From the NCBI GenBank assembly GCA_007125075.1, contig SLDX01000001.1:16539-80538 (forward strand): DNA of 64,000 nt. The letters run 5' to 3'. Shown piece by piece: positions 18,873 through 28,500 of this stretch; the stretch's first letter is position 1; every line of letters begins with the position of its first letter. The notes under the pieces were generated by a model. The model did no database searches. It was not told the origin of the DNA and saw only the letters and a program-made list of their open reading frames with translations. Source of the DNA: Desulfonatronospira sp. (GTDB taxonomy: Bacteria > Desulfobacterota > Desulfovibrionia > Desulfovibrionales > Desulfonatronovibrionaceae). Position numbers and translations under genes: made by a program.

Positions 18873-19934
18873 TTAAAAAAGACCGTACCTGTGCAGCTTG
18901 CGATAAATGGTTCTCCTGGATACCCCAAGCAGTCTGGCTGCTTCAGCCTTCTTGCCCAGCGCAGCCTCAAGGGCGCAGACCAGTTTTTCCCGTTCAGCCG
19001 CGCCTGAGTCCTGCTGGTGCCTGGCCCCGGCATTATGCTCCAGAATTTCTTCCGGCAGGTGTTCCGGTTCGACCATTTCTTCAGAGCAAAGCAATACACC
19101 GTGCTCCAGAGCGTGTTCAAGCTGGCGCACATTTCCCGGCCAGGGATAATCAAGCAGAATGCGCATGGCCTCCGGCGAAACTCCTTGAACGGGTTTCTTA
19201 AACTTCTCAGCATAAAGCCTGCAGAAATGATCAACAAGAAGGGGTATGTCCCCGGCTCTTTCCCGCAAACGGGGCATGTGGATATTCACCACCTTGAGAC
19301 GGTAATAAAGATCTTTGCGAAAACTTCCCTCAGCCACCTTACGCACCAGATCGGCATTGGTCGCGGCCACTATGCGCACGTCAGCCTTGCTCGTTTTTGA
19401 TTCTCCAACACGTTCATACTCCTTCTCCTGAAGAAAACGCAGAAGCTTAAGCTGGATATGCTGTGAGAGATCCCCGATTTCATCGAGGAATAATGTTCCA
19501 TTCTGAGCAGCCTCCACCCTGCCGGTCCTGTCGGTATGCGCCCCGGTAAACGCTCCCCGGACATGCCCGAAAAGTTCGCTGTCCAGAAGATTTTCAACCA
19601 GAGCCAGACAGTTGACCTTGATCTTGGGTCCTTTCCTGCGCGGACTTATGGCGTGCAGAGCCTCGGCGACGAGTTCCTTGCCTGTGCCGGTCTCTCCGGT
19701 GATGAGCAAGGTGGTGTCCACCCCGGCCACCTGCTGCAGCAATGTGAACAGATTCCGCATCTGCCTGCTGCGGCCGATAAGTTTATGAAAAGAATTCATG
19801 GGACAGGAATGCTGCTGACCATAAAATTGCGGATCAGGCTTCTTTAATTTGCCCTGACTGAGCAAATCCCTCTCCGGCAAGTCCCACAGCGGAACAGTGG
19901 AGGAATCTTTCCGGATTATTGGCAAATACTGCAT
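18873..19934 (-). CDS. Sigma54-dependent enhancer-binding protein lacking an N-terminal sensory/receiver domain
   Basis: AGGAGG RBS before ATG 19934; ~45-aa leader, then GETGTGKE, GAFTGA, LFLDEIG, FRKDLYYRL, WPGNVRQL and a Fis-type HTH. Confidence 0.9.
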   Translation of the reverse strand: MQYLPIIRKDSSTVPLWDLPERDLLSQGKLKKPDPQFYGQQHSCPMNSFHKLIGRSRQMRNLFTLLQQVAGVDTTLLITGETGTGKELVAEALHAISPRRKGPKIKVNCLALVENLLDSELFGHVRGAFTGAHTDRTGRVEAAQNGTLFLDEIGDLSQHIQLKLLRFLQEKEYERVGESKTSKADVRIVAATNADLVRKVAEGSFRKDLYYRLKVVNIHMPRLRERAGDIPLLVDHFCRLYAEKFKKPVQGVSPEAMRILLDYPWPGNVRQLEHALEHGVLLCSEEMVEPEHLPEEILEHNAGARHQQDSGAAEREKLVCALEAALGKKAEAARLLGVSRRTIYRKLHRYGLF

Positions 19935-20047
19935 TCCCTGCCTCCTTAGTCTTTCCAGTTTCACAGATCCTTTAAAAGACCTGCAACTTTAATCCCCTGC
20001 CATGGTGTTGTCAGTCAGCAAAGCGCATGATGCTCAAAAATAATACT

Positions 20048-20063
20048 AGCAAGGCAGATGCCA
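20048..20063 (-). promoter_or_regulatory. Sigma54 (-24/-12) promoter of the input-less EBP gene
   Basis: TGGCATCTGCCTTGCT with GG-N10-GC spacing; predicted TSS ~20037. Confidence 0.75.
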
Positions 20064-20113
20064 GAATCTTTTTCAGCAGAAATAAGCGGATTCATGTCTC
20101 AGGGATCCGAACA

Positions 20114-20150
20114 TGACAAAATTTTGCGCTCGAGTTACGTTTCTTGCGCA
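20114..20150 (-). promoter_or_regulatory. Tandem upstream activator sites (UAS) for promoter 20048-20063
   Basis: Plus-strand TGACAAAATTTTGCGCT (20114-20130) and GTTACGTTTCTTGCGCA (20134-20150), matching the pair at 21743-21780. Confidence 0.6.
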
Positions 20151-20391
20151 CCCAGAGCTTGACTGCAATGATCCATGAATCAAAAGGTTCCCTGGACGGT
20201 TTTCAGCCTACCCTGAATCCGTGAAAACAGGCTGCGAAAAATGACTTCACTGATTCAGCGCCTACCACAAAATCCGGTCTGTCCAGGAGCATGCAGCTGG
20301 ACCTTTTGAAAACCGGACTTAATGATTAAGGACAGTACCGGTGAGGTCAGTTGTCAGGTGAAAAGATGAAGGAAGGGTAAGAGATTTTTGG

Positions 20392-21303
20392 CTATGAATT
20401 CTCTAGAGCCAGCTCGGGGTATACTTTCTGGAGGAAGCTCAGCTGGGAATTATTAAATCCCTTAACTATTCCTGGTTCAAGATTCAAAAAGTAATTTACG
20501 GCTTTGCCGCTTAAATTGTTATGCAGCAGCATCAGCTGAAAATTTCCCGCCTGCCTATACTCTTTGTATCTCTTGTATGTGTTGCTGGTCAGTTTATATA
20601 TGTAATCGTACAAGGGTATTTTGGATGGCAGCCTGTTGCATAAATCCATCATGCACTGCAAAGATTTATACACATTTGCACGCAGACCGACTGCCGGAGC
20701 GTTTACTTTGGAATAATAACGCTCAGGCCCGAACGCTTCAAAAGGAAAAAGCTTCGTATAGAATTTCTTATGTCTTGGATGGACCATTATACATATGTCA
20801 TCTACACCATGATACAGGCAATACCAGTAAATCGCCTGTATCTGATACAGAAATATCTTCTTGTTCCTGAACTGGCAACTGGTAGCTAGAGAAGATATTT
20901 CTACAATACTGCGTCCCCTGTCTCTGAGGATATCCAGTTCAGGTCTGTATAAAGCATCCATTGGCAGGCCGAACTCTTCAGAACTTTGAATTCCTGTCAG
21001 ATTGGAAACCGCTTTTTGATGATCACTTGCAACAGCATGAACAGTTCCTGGAAGAAGGGAATAAACTGAAAAAAGCATTCCATGATCTTTTTCTTCAGGA
21101 ACAAGACCTCTTTTCAGGTAGCTTTCATATACCAGTGAAAATATTTTTTCCAGGTCATAGGTGCAGCTTGCGTATTTGATGTCAAGACTGCTCATCTCAA
21201 TTTCATTAAAACCGGATACTCTGAGCCGTGCATCCTGATCACTGTTTAAAGTATCATATTTAATGTTGTCATATGAATTTTGCAAATCTGGTAAGTGACC
21301 CAT
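20392..21303 (-). CDS. FeeM-like N-acyl amino acid synthase (GNAT fold)
   Basis: LVYESYLKRG, FGLPMDALYRPELDILRDRGRSIVEISSLA, DDICIMVHPRHKKFY and YYSKVNAPAVGL resemble the FeeM/NAS family. GAGG RBS 8 nt before ATG 21303. AT-rich. Confidence 0.72.
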   Translation of the reverse strand: MGHLPDLQNSYDNIKYDTLNSDQDARLRVSGFNEIEMSSLDIKYASCTYDLEKIFSLVYESYLKRGLVPEEKDHGMLFSVYSLLPGTVHAVASDHQKAVSNLTGIQSSEEFGLPMDALYRPELDILRDRGRSIVEISSLATSCQFRNKKIFLYQIQAIYWYCLYHGVDDICIMVHPRHKKFYTKLFPFEAFGPERYYSKVNAPAVGLRANVYKSLQCMMDLCNRLPSKIPLYDYIYKLTSNTYKRYKEYRQAGNFQLMLLHNNLSGKAVNYFLNLEPGIVKGFNNSQLSFLQKVYPELALENS

Positions 21304-21675
21304 AATAAGCACCTCGAATATATTAGATGTTGATCATTAATACAAAATACGCCAAGAATTAATTATATAACTGTATTAATATATGCAAACATAAAACGCT
21401 ATCAAACTGGATAATAAATAATTAAATATTAATAATTGTTAAAGGTTGCTCATATTTTACAATGAATTCTTTAATTTCTGCATTAAAAATGCCTTCCAAA
21501 AATTTTATCATTGATAATCTTCAGACTTCAACGTCAGCTTGCTCAGACACTGGACTGTTGATGTAAATATTTCGCTGGTTTTTCTAATGGAAAAACATGG
21601 AAATTAACTCGAAAATGAATTAGCATGGATTGCATTGAGATTAATGTCCGCCTGAAGGCAAATCGGGAACGCTCA

Positions 21676-21691
21676 TGCAATCCAGGTGCCA
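21676..21691 (-). promoter_or_regulatory. Sigma54 (-24/-12) promoter directed at the feeM-like gene
   Basis: TGGCACCTGGATTGCA, near-consensus with GG-N10-GC; predicted TSS ~21665. Confidence 0.78.
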
Positions 21692-21742
21692 ACAATTGTG
21701 TCCAGTAAAAATAATTGCTTGCAAATTTTTGTTTGTCTGCTC

Positions 21743-21780
21743 AAAACAAATTTTGTACATTTGGTTACAAATTTTGCGCA
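21743..21780 (-). promoter_or_regulatory. Tandem upstream activator sites (UAS) for promoter 21676-21691
   Basis: AAAACAAATTTTGTACA (21743-21759) and GTTACAAATTTTGCGCA (21764-21780), 21-bp period; also contains TTTGT-N10-ACAAA. Confidence 0.62.
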
Positions 21781-22035
21781 CCGGGGTTTAAGCAAGGTAA
21801 TTATTTTTCCTGAATTTTTTTTAACCCTATAAAACCTGTTTCTTATCCTGATATATACGTCCTGAGATGTAAGCATGACGACTTAGAAACCTTCAGGCCG
21901 AATCCGGGCAGCTTGCAGGGCAGGACGCACATAATGCCTTACAGGAATAATCCTGGAACTTTTTTTAGAAGGTCATCAAGCTGCAGCTGATATTTTTTAT
22001 AAATATTTCAGAGACATAGGAGATTTATTACGCCT

Positions 22036-23505
22036 ATGAAACATACTTTTTCGCGGATGAGCATCACCGCAAGACTTTTATCCTGGTCTCTGGTCCTGAT
22101 GCTGATCTTTTACTCAATAACCATATACTTTTTTTTCAGTATAAGAGATCTGGTTTCGACCACCGACCGGATAGTGAACAAGGATCTGGAAGTAGTCGCG
22201 ATCACAGAGCAGCTGGTTGATACCACTCTTCTTTTTGTTGAAAACCGCAGAAAATACCAGATTCTGGGACGGGAACAGTATTTTGAAGCTTCTCTTAATC
22301 ACCTTAATCTGCTGGAAGAGCTCCTGGAGGATCTGCCGAGGGATTTTTCCTTTGCCGGAATCAATCCCGAGGTGCGGGAACTGGTCCTGAACATGGAAGA
22401 GTTCGGTTCATCCCCGGTACAAGATATCTCCCTGCCCAGCGAAGAGGCCCTGTCCTCGTGGATCCAGGACATAACCAACCTGCGGGCAAGCTATCTGGAA
22501 AACGTCAATGACCGGATGCAGAGCATGTATGTCCGGGGTGTTCAGGCTCAGACCTTCGGCTTTCTAGGCCTGGGCCTGGTTGCTTTTCTGGCCATTGCAG
22601 GCAGCCTGGCAATTGCTTTTTTTCTCAACAGGTCAATGCGTGAATTCAGAAAAGGTCTATTCAGACTGGCCCGCAACGAAGAATTCGAACCGGTCAGAGT
22701 AACTTCTCACGGAGAACTTGGTGAACTGGCCCGGGCATTCAACAAAATGGGCTTGAAACTCAAACGGGAGGAGGAAATGCGCTCCCAGTTCATATCCACC
22801 CTGAGCCATGAGATAAGAACGCCTTTAACCAGCATCATGGAGTCCATTAACCTGGTCCGGGACGGTGTGGCAGGCAACAGCCGTGACGCACAATCCAGGT
22901 TTCTGGACATAGCCCACAAAGAGACCCTGAGACTCTCAGAGCTTTTACAGCGCCTTATGCAGACCGCTACCATGGAATCCGGAAGCATACAGCTGGAACC
23001 GGGAGAAATCGCTATTGACAAACTCCTCTGGGATGGGGTTGACAGAATATATCCGACAGCCAGGGCTGCAGACGTGCGGGTCAAGGTAGTCAGCAGCGGT
23101 ACCGGCAGAAATGTGATGGCGGACATCAGCCATGTCCAGCAGGTTCTTTTTAATCTCCTGGGCAATGCAGTGAAATTTTCTCCTCCCGGTTCAGAAGTGA
23201 TTCTTTCATACGAACCCTGCGCCCAGGGAAATACCCTGCAGATCTGCGTTGCCGACCAGGGATCCGGAGTGTCTGAGGATGAAAAGGATCTGGTCTTCGA
23301 GCGCTACTACTGCGGAAAGAATACGAAGAACATTACTGATGGTGCAGGGCTGGGCCTGAGCATTTCCAGACAGATAATCAGAGCCCATGGAGGTGATCTG
23401 TGGCTGGAAAGCACCTCTTCGGCGGGAAGCATGTTCTGCTTCACACTTCCTCTGGCTGATGAACGAAACAAAGACAACAGGGTAGACCATGAGCATACTG
23501 TATAA
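22036..23505 (+). CDS. HAMP-domain sensor histidine kinase (GlrK/QseE-like position)
   Basis: Two TMs, helical periplasmic domain, HAMP, LSHEIRTPL, NLLGNAVKF, DQGSGV and GAGLGL. Confidence 0.9.
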   Translation: MKHTFSRMSITARLLSWSLVLMLIFYSITIYFFFSIRDLVSTTDRIVNKDLEVVAITEQLVDTTLLFVENRRKYQILGREQYFEASLNHLNLLEELLEDLPRDFSFAGINPEVRELVLNMEEFGSSPVQDISLPSEEALSSWIQDITNLRASYLENVNDRMQSMYVRGVQAQTFGFLGLGLVAFLAIAGSLAIAFFLNRSMREFRKGLFRLARNEEFEPVRVTSHGELGELARAFNKMGLKLKREEEMRSQFISTLSHEIRTPLTSIMESINLVRDGVAGNSRDAQSRFLDIAHKETLRLSELLQRLMQTATMESGSIQLEPGEIAIDKLLWDGVDRIYPTARAADVRVKVVSSGTGRNVMADISHVQQVLFNLLGNAVKFSPPGSEVILSYEPCAQGNTLQICVADQGSGVSEDEKDLVFERYYCGKNTKNITDGAGLGLSISRQIIRAHGGDLWLESTSSAGSMFCFTLPLADERNKDNRVDHEHTV

Positions 23506-24160
23506 ATTAAGATATGGATATCGATTTGCCTGGCCGGTGCTGCTGCTTATAATCCTTATGACCGGCTGTGTGGGGATCAAAAGCGATAACAGGGACACTC
23601 CGGCGACACGGCAAGGCCTGTTATTGACGGATCCGGGGGGTGAATACCTGCAGACTGCACTGGCCGGTTTTGCGGCGGGCAACTATCTGGAGGCAAGAAA
23701 GGATTTCCTGCAGGCAAAAAATAACACAGACAACCCAAAGATAAGCAGTCAGGCTGAATTCGGGATAATTCTGACCAGAATGCTCAGCGCTGAAAATCTT
23801 ACTGAGTTCAGCATCCACCAGAGAAATTTTGAACAATTTTTAGACCGGGACGATGAAAAGTATCTGCCGGACCGGAAGATGACTGCTCCATTCGTATCTG
23901 CCATGGCTGATAATCTACTCATGAAAAAGAGAATAGAATCATTGCAGGCCGATTACAGAAAAGCTCTTGATCAGCTGCACCAGGCAGAAGACGACAAGGA
24001 AGCTCTCAAGACCCGGTATAATATAAGCATGCGCAAATTAAGCGAACTGGAAGAAAAGAATCAAAGCCTTAAGAATCAGATTAAAGAGCTGGAAGAGCTC
24101 TTTGAGTTGATTGATCAACAAAAACGTCTCCTTGAACAAAATGAATCAAGACAAAGATAA
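23489..24160 (+). CDS. Lipoprotein with TPR-like helices and C-terminal coiled coil (QseG/YfhG-like position)
   Basis: Lipobox LMTG|C; overlaps both the kinase and the regulator genes; heptad-rich C-terminus. Confidence 0.75.
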   Translation: MSILYKLRYGYRFAWPVLLLIILMTGCVGIKSDNRDTPATRQGLLLTDPGGEYLQTALAGFAAGNYLEARKDFLQAKNNTDNPKISSQAEFGIILTRMLSAENLTEFSIHQRNFEQFLDRDDEKYLPDRKMTAPFVSAMADNLLMKKRIESLQADYRKALDQLHQAEDDKEALKTRYNISMRKLSELEEKNQSLKNQIKELEELFELIDQQKRLLEQNESRQR

Positions 24161-25508
24161 GAACAACGACCTGTATTCAATCCTGGTAGTCGATGATGAC
24201 GAGAGCATCCTTCAGCTCCTGGAGGCCCGTCTTTCAGCGGCCGGCTACCAGGTAACCACCGCCTGTAACGGCACACAGGCTCTGGAAATGATGGAGCTGC
24301 TGCCTTTTGATCTTGTCCTGACCGATGTCAAAATGCCCGGGCTGGACGGCCAGGAACTGCTCGCGGAAATAAAAAGGACCTGGCCGGGAATTCCGGTGAT
24401 GCTGCTCACAGCATATGGAAACATACCTGATGCGGTTAAAGCCATTCAACTTGGAGCTGCCGATTATCTGACCAAGCCCTTTGACGGACAGGAGCTTGTG
24501 TCCGGAATCAAGGACCTGCTTGCCAGGACATATCCTACTGTAAACGCGGAACTGGTTGAAGAATGCGGTATTGTCTGCGGAAAAAGCTCTTCCATGTCCA
24601 CCCTTCTCCGGATGATGCACAGAATTGCCGGCAGCGATGTCTCTATTTTGATTCAGGGAGAATCAGGAACCGGCAAGGAACTGGTGGCCAACGCCATCCA
24701 CAAATGGAGCAGCCGCAGTAAAGGACCATTCGTAGTCATCGATTGTGGATCGACTCAGACCACTCTTATTGAGAGCGAACTTTTCGGGCATGTAAAAGGC
24801 GCTTTCACTCATGCGGTCCAGGACAAGAAGGGCCTTATCGAGACCGCTCACAAAGGGACACTGTTCTTTGATGAGATCGGAAATATTTCCATGGAGATGC
24901 AGACCAGGCTTCTGCGCTTCCTGCAGGAAAGGACGCTTAGAAGAGTCGGGGATACCCGCTCAATTGAGGTTGACTGCAGAATCCTGGCCGCGACCAATGC
25001 CAACCTGAGTGAAATGGTCAGATCAGGCGCTTTCAGAGAAGACCTGTTCTACAGGCTTAAAGTAGTCAGGCTGGAAGTTCCGGCGCTGCGCCAGCGCATC
25101 GAAGACCTGCCCCTTCTGACAGATTATTTTTTGAACATCTTAAAAAGCAGGCATGAAATTGGAAATCTTGAATTAACCCCTGCTGCACTGGAAAAAATGC
25201 ATGAACATGCCTGGCCTGGAAATGTGAGAGAGCTGTTCAATGTGCTGGAGGCGGGAGCGCTTCTATCCCCGGACGGGCTGATCAAGCCTGAGGACCTTCA
25301 GCTGGAACATGCTTTTGCTGAAATTGAGCAGGCCGATGAATCCTTTTCCCTGGATGAAAATGAAAAAAAGGCGGTTATTCGAGCACTGGAAAAAACCGGC
25401 TGGGTGCAGAAGCGAGCCGCTGAAATACTGGGAATAAGCAGAAGGGCCATACATTACAAGATTCGCAAGCACAATATTGCCATTCCATCCCGGTGCTCAA
25501 GCAAATGA
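24141..25508 (+). CDS. Sigma54-dependent response regulator (REC-AAA-HTH, GlrR/NtrC family)
   Basis: ILVVDDD, LTDVKMPG, YLTKPF; GESGTGKE, GAFTHA (variant of GAFTGA), FDEIG, FREDLFYRL; HTH SRRAIHYKI. Start set at ATG 24141. Confidence 0.92.
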   Translation: MNQDKDKNNDLYSILVVDDDESILQLLEARLSAAGYQVTTACNGTQALEMMELLPFDLVLTDVKMPGLDGQELLAEIKRTWPGIPVMLLTAYGNIPDAVKAIQLGAADYLTKPFDGQELVSGIKDLLARTYPTVNAELVEECGIVCGKSSSMSTLLRMMHRIAGSDVSILIQGESGTGKELVANAIHKWSSRSKGPFVVIDCGSTQTTLIESELFGHVKGAFTHAVQDKKGLIETAHKGTLFFDEIGNISMEMQTRLLRFLQERTLRRVGDTRSIEVDCRILAATNANLSEMVRSGAFREDLFYRLKVVRLEVPALRQRIEDLPLLTDYFLNILKSRHEIGNLELTPAALEKMHEHAWPGNVRELFNVLEAGALLSPDGLIKPEDLQLEHAFAEIEQADESFSLDENEKKAVIRALEKTGWVQKRAAEILGISRRAIHYKIRKHNIAIPSRCSSK

Positions 25509-25564
25509 GCAGTACCGCCTGAACGGATTGCCGACCCCTTCAGTACATTTCAGCATGAGACGGC

Positions 25565-28500
25565 TCAGAGAAGACCGTACCTGTGCAGCTTGCGGTACAG
25601 AGTTCTGCGGGAAATGCCCAGGATCCTGGCAGCCTCGGTCTTTTTTCCCTTTGCCATCCGCAGAGCATCCGCAAGACTCTCCTTGTCCACTTTTCCAACG
25701 CTTTCCTGGAGCCGGCTGGACTCTTGAACTTCAAAAATCTCATCCGGCAGGTGTTCGGGCTCTATCAGTCCTCCGGGGCAGAGCAGGGTCCCGTGTTCCA
25801 GGACATGCTCCAGCTCGCGAACGTTTCCGGGCCATGTGTGTTCGCGGAGCCTGCGCATGGTTCTGGTGGATACGCCGCGGACGGGTTTGTCGAACTTCTC
25901 CGCGAAATGCCTGCAGAAGTGATGAATAAGCATGGGGATGTCCTCGCCCCGCTCTCTGAGGCCTGGCGCCCGGATATGGATTACCTTGAGCCTGTAATAC
26001 AGGTCCCTGCGAAAGTTGCCCTCTTCTATTTTTGCGGCCAGGTCGGCATTGGTTGCGGCCACTATGCGCACGTCCGCCCTGCGGGTCTTTGATTCCCCCA
26101 CCCGTTCATACTCCTTTTCCTGGAGGAAACGCAGCAGCTTGAGCTGAATACGCCCGGTAAGATCCCCTATCTCGTCCAGAAACAGGGTTCCCCCTTCAGC
26201 CGCCTCCACCCGCCCGATCTTGTTCGCGTAGGCCCCGGTAAAGGCCCCGCGGACATGCCCGAACAGCTCGCTGTCCAGGAGCTCCTCGGACAGGGTCAGG
26301 CAGTTGACCTTGATCAGCGGGGCATTGCTGCGCGGGCTTGATGCATGCAGGGCCTCGGCGATGAGCTCCTTGCCCGTACCGGTTTCACCGGTGATGAGCA
26401 CGGTGGTGTCCACACCGGCCACCTGCTGGAGCATGGCGTATATATGCTGCATCTTCCTGCTGCGCCCGATGATGCCGTGAAATGAATTTTTCCTGGTTGA
26501 ACTCTCGAGCAGGTATTCATAGCGCTGCCTGCTTTCACGCAAAGCCTCCTCAGCCTGCTTGCGTTCGGTGATGTCGATGGCCGCCTGAAGCCTGACCATA
26601 TGTCCGTCAGTCCATCTTATGGCTATATCCTGACAATCAAACCATTTCTTTGTTTTTGTATTCTGACACTCCCAATGATAAAAGCCGGTTGACCGGCCCT
26701 GATCGTCAATCAGCCTGGAGTTTGTACAAAAGGAGCATGGCCCGCTCTGATCCGCCTGGAAAACCGCCCAGCACTTTTGGCCCACAACGTTTCCATGAGT
26801 TTTTCTGACAGCCTCATTTGTAAACAGGATCTCGTGGGACTGCATGTCCGCCACATATATATTAGAATTTGCATTATCAAGTATGGCCAGAAGAGTCTGG
26901 TGCGCTTCCCTGATCCGGCTTTCAGCCTGCTTGCGCTCTGTAATGTCCATCATCACTCCATTCCAGACAATGCACCGCTCATGCACTTTATTGGGGCTGG
27001 AATGGGCATGCACCCATTTTGTTTTCCCTTCAGGAGTAAAGATGCGCAATTCCTGCTCCCAGGGCTTAAGGGTTGTGGCTGATTCATGAATGGAGGCCAT
27101 GAACTCGTCCCTGTCCTCGGGATGGACTTTGTTTACAATCCGTTCCAGAGTCAGGGGCATATCAATATCCAGAGCAGGTTTGCCGTATATTTCCTCAATG
27201 CCGGAGCTGATATACTCTATTGACTGATTGCCGCTGTCTTCCATGAGAAACTGAAAAACCGCTCCGGGTATGCCTTCATTCACGTCCCGCAGGAACTTTT
27301 CACTGTTTCTAAGCTTTTCTTCTGCATCCAGCCTGGCCATGACATTGGAGACGATTTCAGCCAGGACCTTTAAAAGACCAATCTCTGACTCAGCAAAGGA
27401 CCTGTTCTCCTGGATGATGTCAAAGCCTACAAAGCCGGAATTTATTCCCTTGTGCATCAAAGGAATATTGACAATGGATTTGATCCCCTGGTCCTGCAGA
27501 TGGCTTCTCAGATCCACATTCCCGGATATTTCAGCAAGGTCATGGATGTAGAACGCCTTATTTTTTTGAAGGACTTCAAGAATTTCAGAAAAAAAGCTGA
27601 AGGGTATCTCCTGCAGGCTCTCAATTTCAGAACACACTCCTTCAGCGCACCATTCATGGGTGTTCCTGGTGATCTGCCGGACATGGTCGTGCATGAAAAT
27701 ATACGCCCGGTCCACGCGGGTGAACATGCCGATGGTTTCAAGCATTTCATTGAGGGCCTTGTCCACCTCCTCCAGGGAAATATTAATGAATCCGGTGGCC
27801 AGATTCATGAGCAGGCGCTGCAGAGCCTCATATTCACGCATCTTGGTTTCAGCCTGCCTGCTCTCGGTAACATCCACGCCCACAGCCCAGGTATCGATTC
27901 CTGAAAAGGTAATTTCCGGGGGCAGGTTGGACCAGAGAATGTGACGTACGCTTCCGTCCCTGGCGGTCAGGGCAAGTTCCCTGTTTTTGAACGACAGCTC
28001 TTTTTTCCATTCGCTCAGGATCTGCTCGCCAAGATCCGACTCCGGGTACAAAATGGACATGGCCTCGGGATTGCCTATTATCTCACGGCTTGAATAACCG
28101 GTTATTTCTTCACAGGCCTTGTTCCAGTAGGTAAACAGCCCCTCCTTCGTTCCGGCATTGATCATAATTGGAAGGTTTTCAACCAGGGTTTGAAATCTTT
28201 TCTCGCTTTCCCTGAGGTCCTTTTCCGTCCGCTTTGCTTCCGTAACATCCAGGGCAAAACCGATGGTTCCGGTGATTCCGCCCTGATCATCGCGGCAGGG
28301 AAATTTCTCGGTCAGGCTCCAGCCTAACTGCCCTGCTGACTTCTTGTGTCTTTCAGAAATATTTTTGAGCGGCCTGCCGGAAGTAATTACTTTCTGGTCG
28401 TCTTGACTGCATTTCCTGGCCACGCACTTGGAGTTGATATCAAAATCGGTTCTGCCCTTAAGATCTTTAAGCTCGATGCCCACGGTTTTGCAGAACAGCC

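Noticed and set aside
18701-19237. 166-aa (+) and 141-aa (-) ORFs
   Set aside because: They overlap the well-supported activator gene in other frames
21391-21631. 29- and 30-codon ORFs in the feeM leader (MIKFLEGIF..., MQSMLIHF...)
   Set aside because: No convincing RBS; expected by chance in AT-rich DNA
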